Positions 31,640 through 32,000 of a stretch of DNA of 32,000 bases are shown here, piece by piece. Positions within the stretch are counted from its first letter, which is position 1, and every line of letters begins with the position of its first letter. Made by a program: the position numbers and the translations under genes. The stretch is from Cuniculiplasma divulgatum (GTDB taxonomy: Archaea; Thermoplasmatota; Thermoplasmata; Thermoplasmatales; Thermoplasmataceae). The stretch is taken from the NCBI RefSeq assembly GCF_900083515.1, contig NZ_LT671858.1:1140001-1172000 (forward strand), read 5' to 3'. The notes under the pieces were generated by a model. It was not told where the DNA came from, did not search any database, and saw nothing but the letters and a program-made list of their open reading frames with translations.

Positions 31640-31805
31640 CATAGTTCATTTTAAAAATTAAAAACCAAAATATTTCTTTTGTAAAATGATTACAAATTTC
31701 TTTTTTTAAAATATTAAAATAGCGTTATTCAGTTTTTACTTTCGTTCCCTTAAACTTTAGTAGAATCTGAGTTAATATGTTTCATTGAGGGAAGCAATAC
31801 TACGT

Positions 31806-32000
31806 TTATGGAACAAGAACTTCTCTTCCCTTTACTTTGCCCTGTTTCAGATTGTTTAGCACTTCATTTGCAGAACTTAATTTGGACTTATGAACCATTG
31901 AAATTAAACCTTCAGATGAGGCTATGTCGAGGATCGCCCTTGTCTCCTTTCTTAGTCCGCTGGCCACACTTGTTATATTTTTCTCCCACATGAAACTGCT
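31806..32000 (-). CDS. Zinc-type alcohol dehydrogenase, C-terminal ~64 aa; the gene start lies beyond the right edge
   Basis: The frame is open to the window end. The sequence ...SSFMWEKNITSVASGLRKETRAILDIASSEGLISMVHKSKLSSANEVLNNLKQGKVKGREVLVP* matches the MDR/ADH C-terminal pattern (G...R.D..E.L......I.......L...N.A...L..G...GR.VL). Confidence 0.55.
   Translation of the reverse strand, partial: SSFMWEKNITSVASGLRKETRAILDIASSEGLISMVHKSKLSSANEVLNNLKQGKVKGREVLVP

Noticed and set aside
31808-31993. The 61-aa plus-strand ORF at the right edge.
   Set aside because: It mirrors the minus-strand frame, which carries a recognisable Zn-ADH C-terminus and stays open to the window end.
1-32000. A scan for CRISPR arrays, rRNA genes, IS elements or transposases, integrases, and long tandem or dispersed repeats.
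   Set aside because: I could see no regularly spaced direct repeats, no transposase or integrase-like ORFs and no rRNA-like GC-rich blocks by eye. A computational repeat search would be needed to exclude short dispersed repeats.

Overview
This is a compact, AT-rich archaeal chromosomal segment. Genes are mostly packed tightly, with many ATGA or GTGA stop/start overlaps. Hallmark genes point to a Thermoplasmata-like organism, but that placement is inferred from gene content only. These include ribosomal protein S17e, aIF2-beta, RaSEA, GGGP and DGGGP synthases, Trm1, an HTH-fused CTP-type riboflavin kinase (RbkR-like), and an intron-containing tRNA-Tyr with a C1-G72 pair.

Left to right, the window holds:
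- a four-gene complex-I / group-4-hydrogenase-related membrane operon, whose large subunit lacks the first NiFe cysteine pair in the visible part;
- S17e, then RaSEA-ThiL, then IleRS;
- an aIF2beta-PIN-RbkR operon;
- purS-purL plus a coupled 87-aa unknown gene;
- a DGGGPS-GGGPS lipid gene pair;
- an MptD / THEP1-like NTPase / Trm1 operon;
- a three-gene membrane/ATPase cluster, which I read as VirB2-like, VirB6-like and VirB3/VirB4-like;
- acyl-CoA thioesterase, RpiA, a RAM-domain protein, UPF0147, a wHTH regulator and a GH15 enzyme;
- tRNA-Tyr, followed by a roughly 3.2 kb gene-poor, very AT-rich island of orphan genes;
- an MFS transporter preceded by a perfect 26-bp palindrome, then RidA, GDH and the 3' end of a Zn-ADH.

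The most interesting candidate is the chromosomal minimal T4SS/Ced-Ted-like module at 17651-20764. Two genes (the PIN gene and trm1) have conserved N-termini that lie upstream of any ATG/GTG/TTG. They appear to start at ATT or ATA codons that overlap the upstream stop codon. I saw no CRISPR array, rRNA, IS element or integrase. All homology calls come from motif recognition by eye, not from searches.
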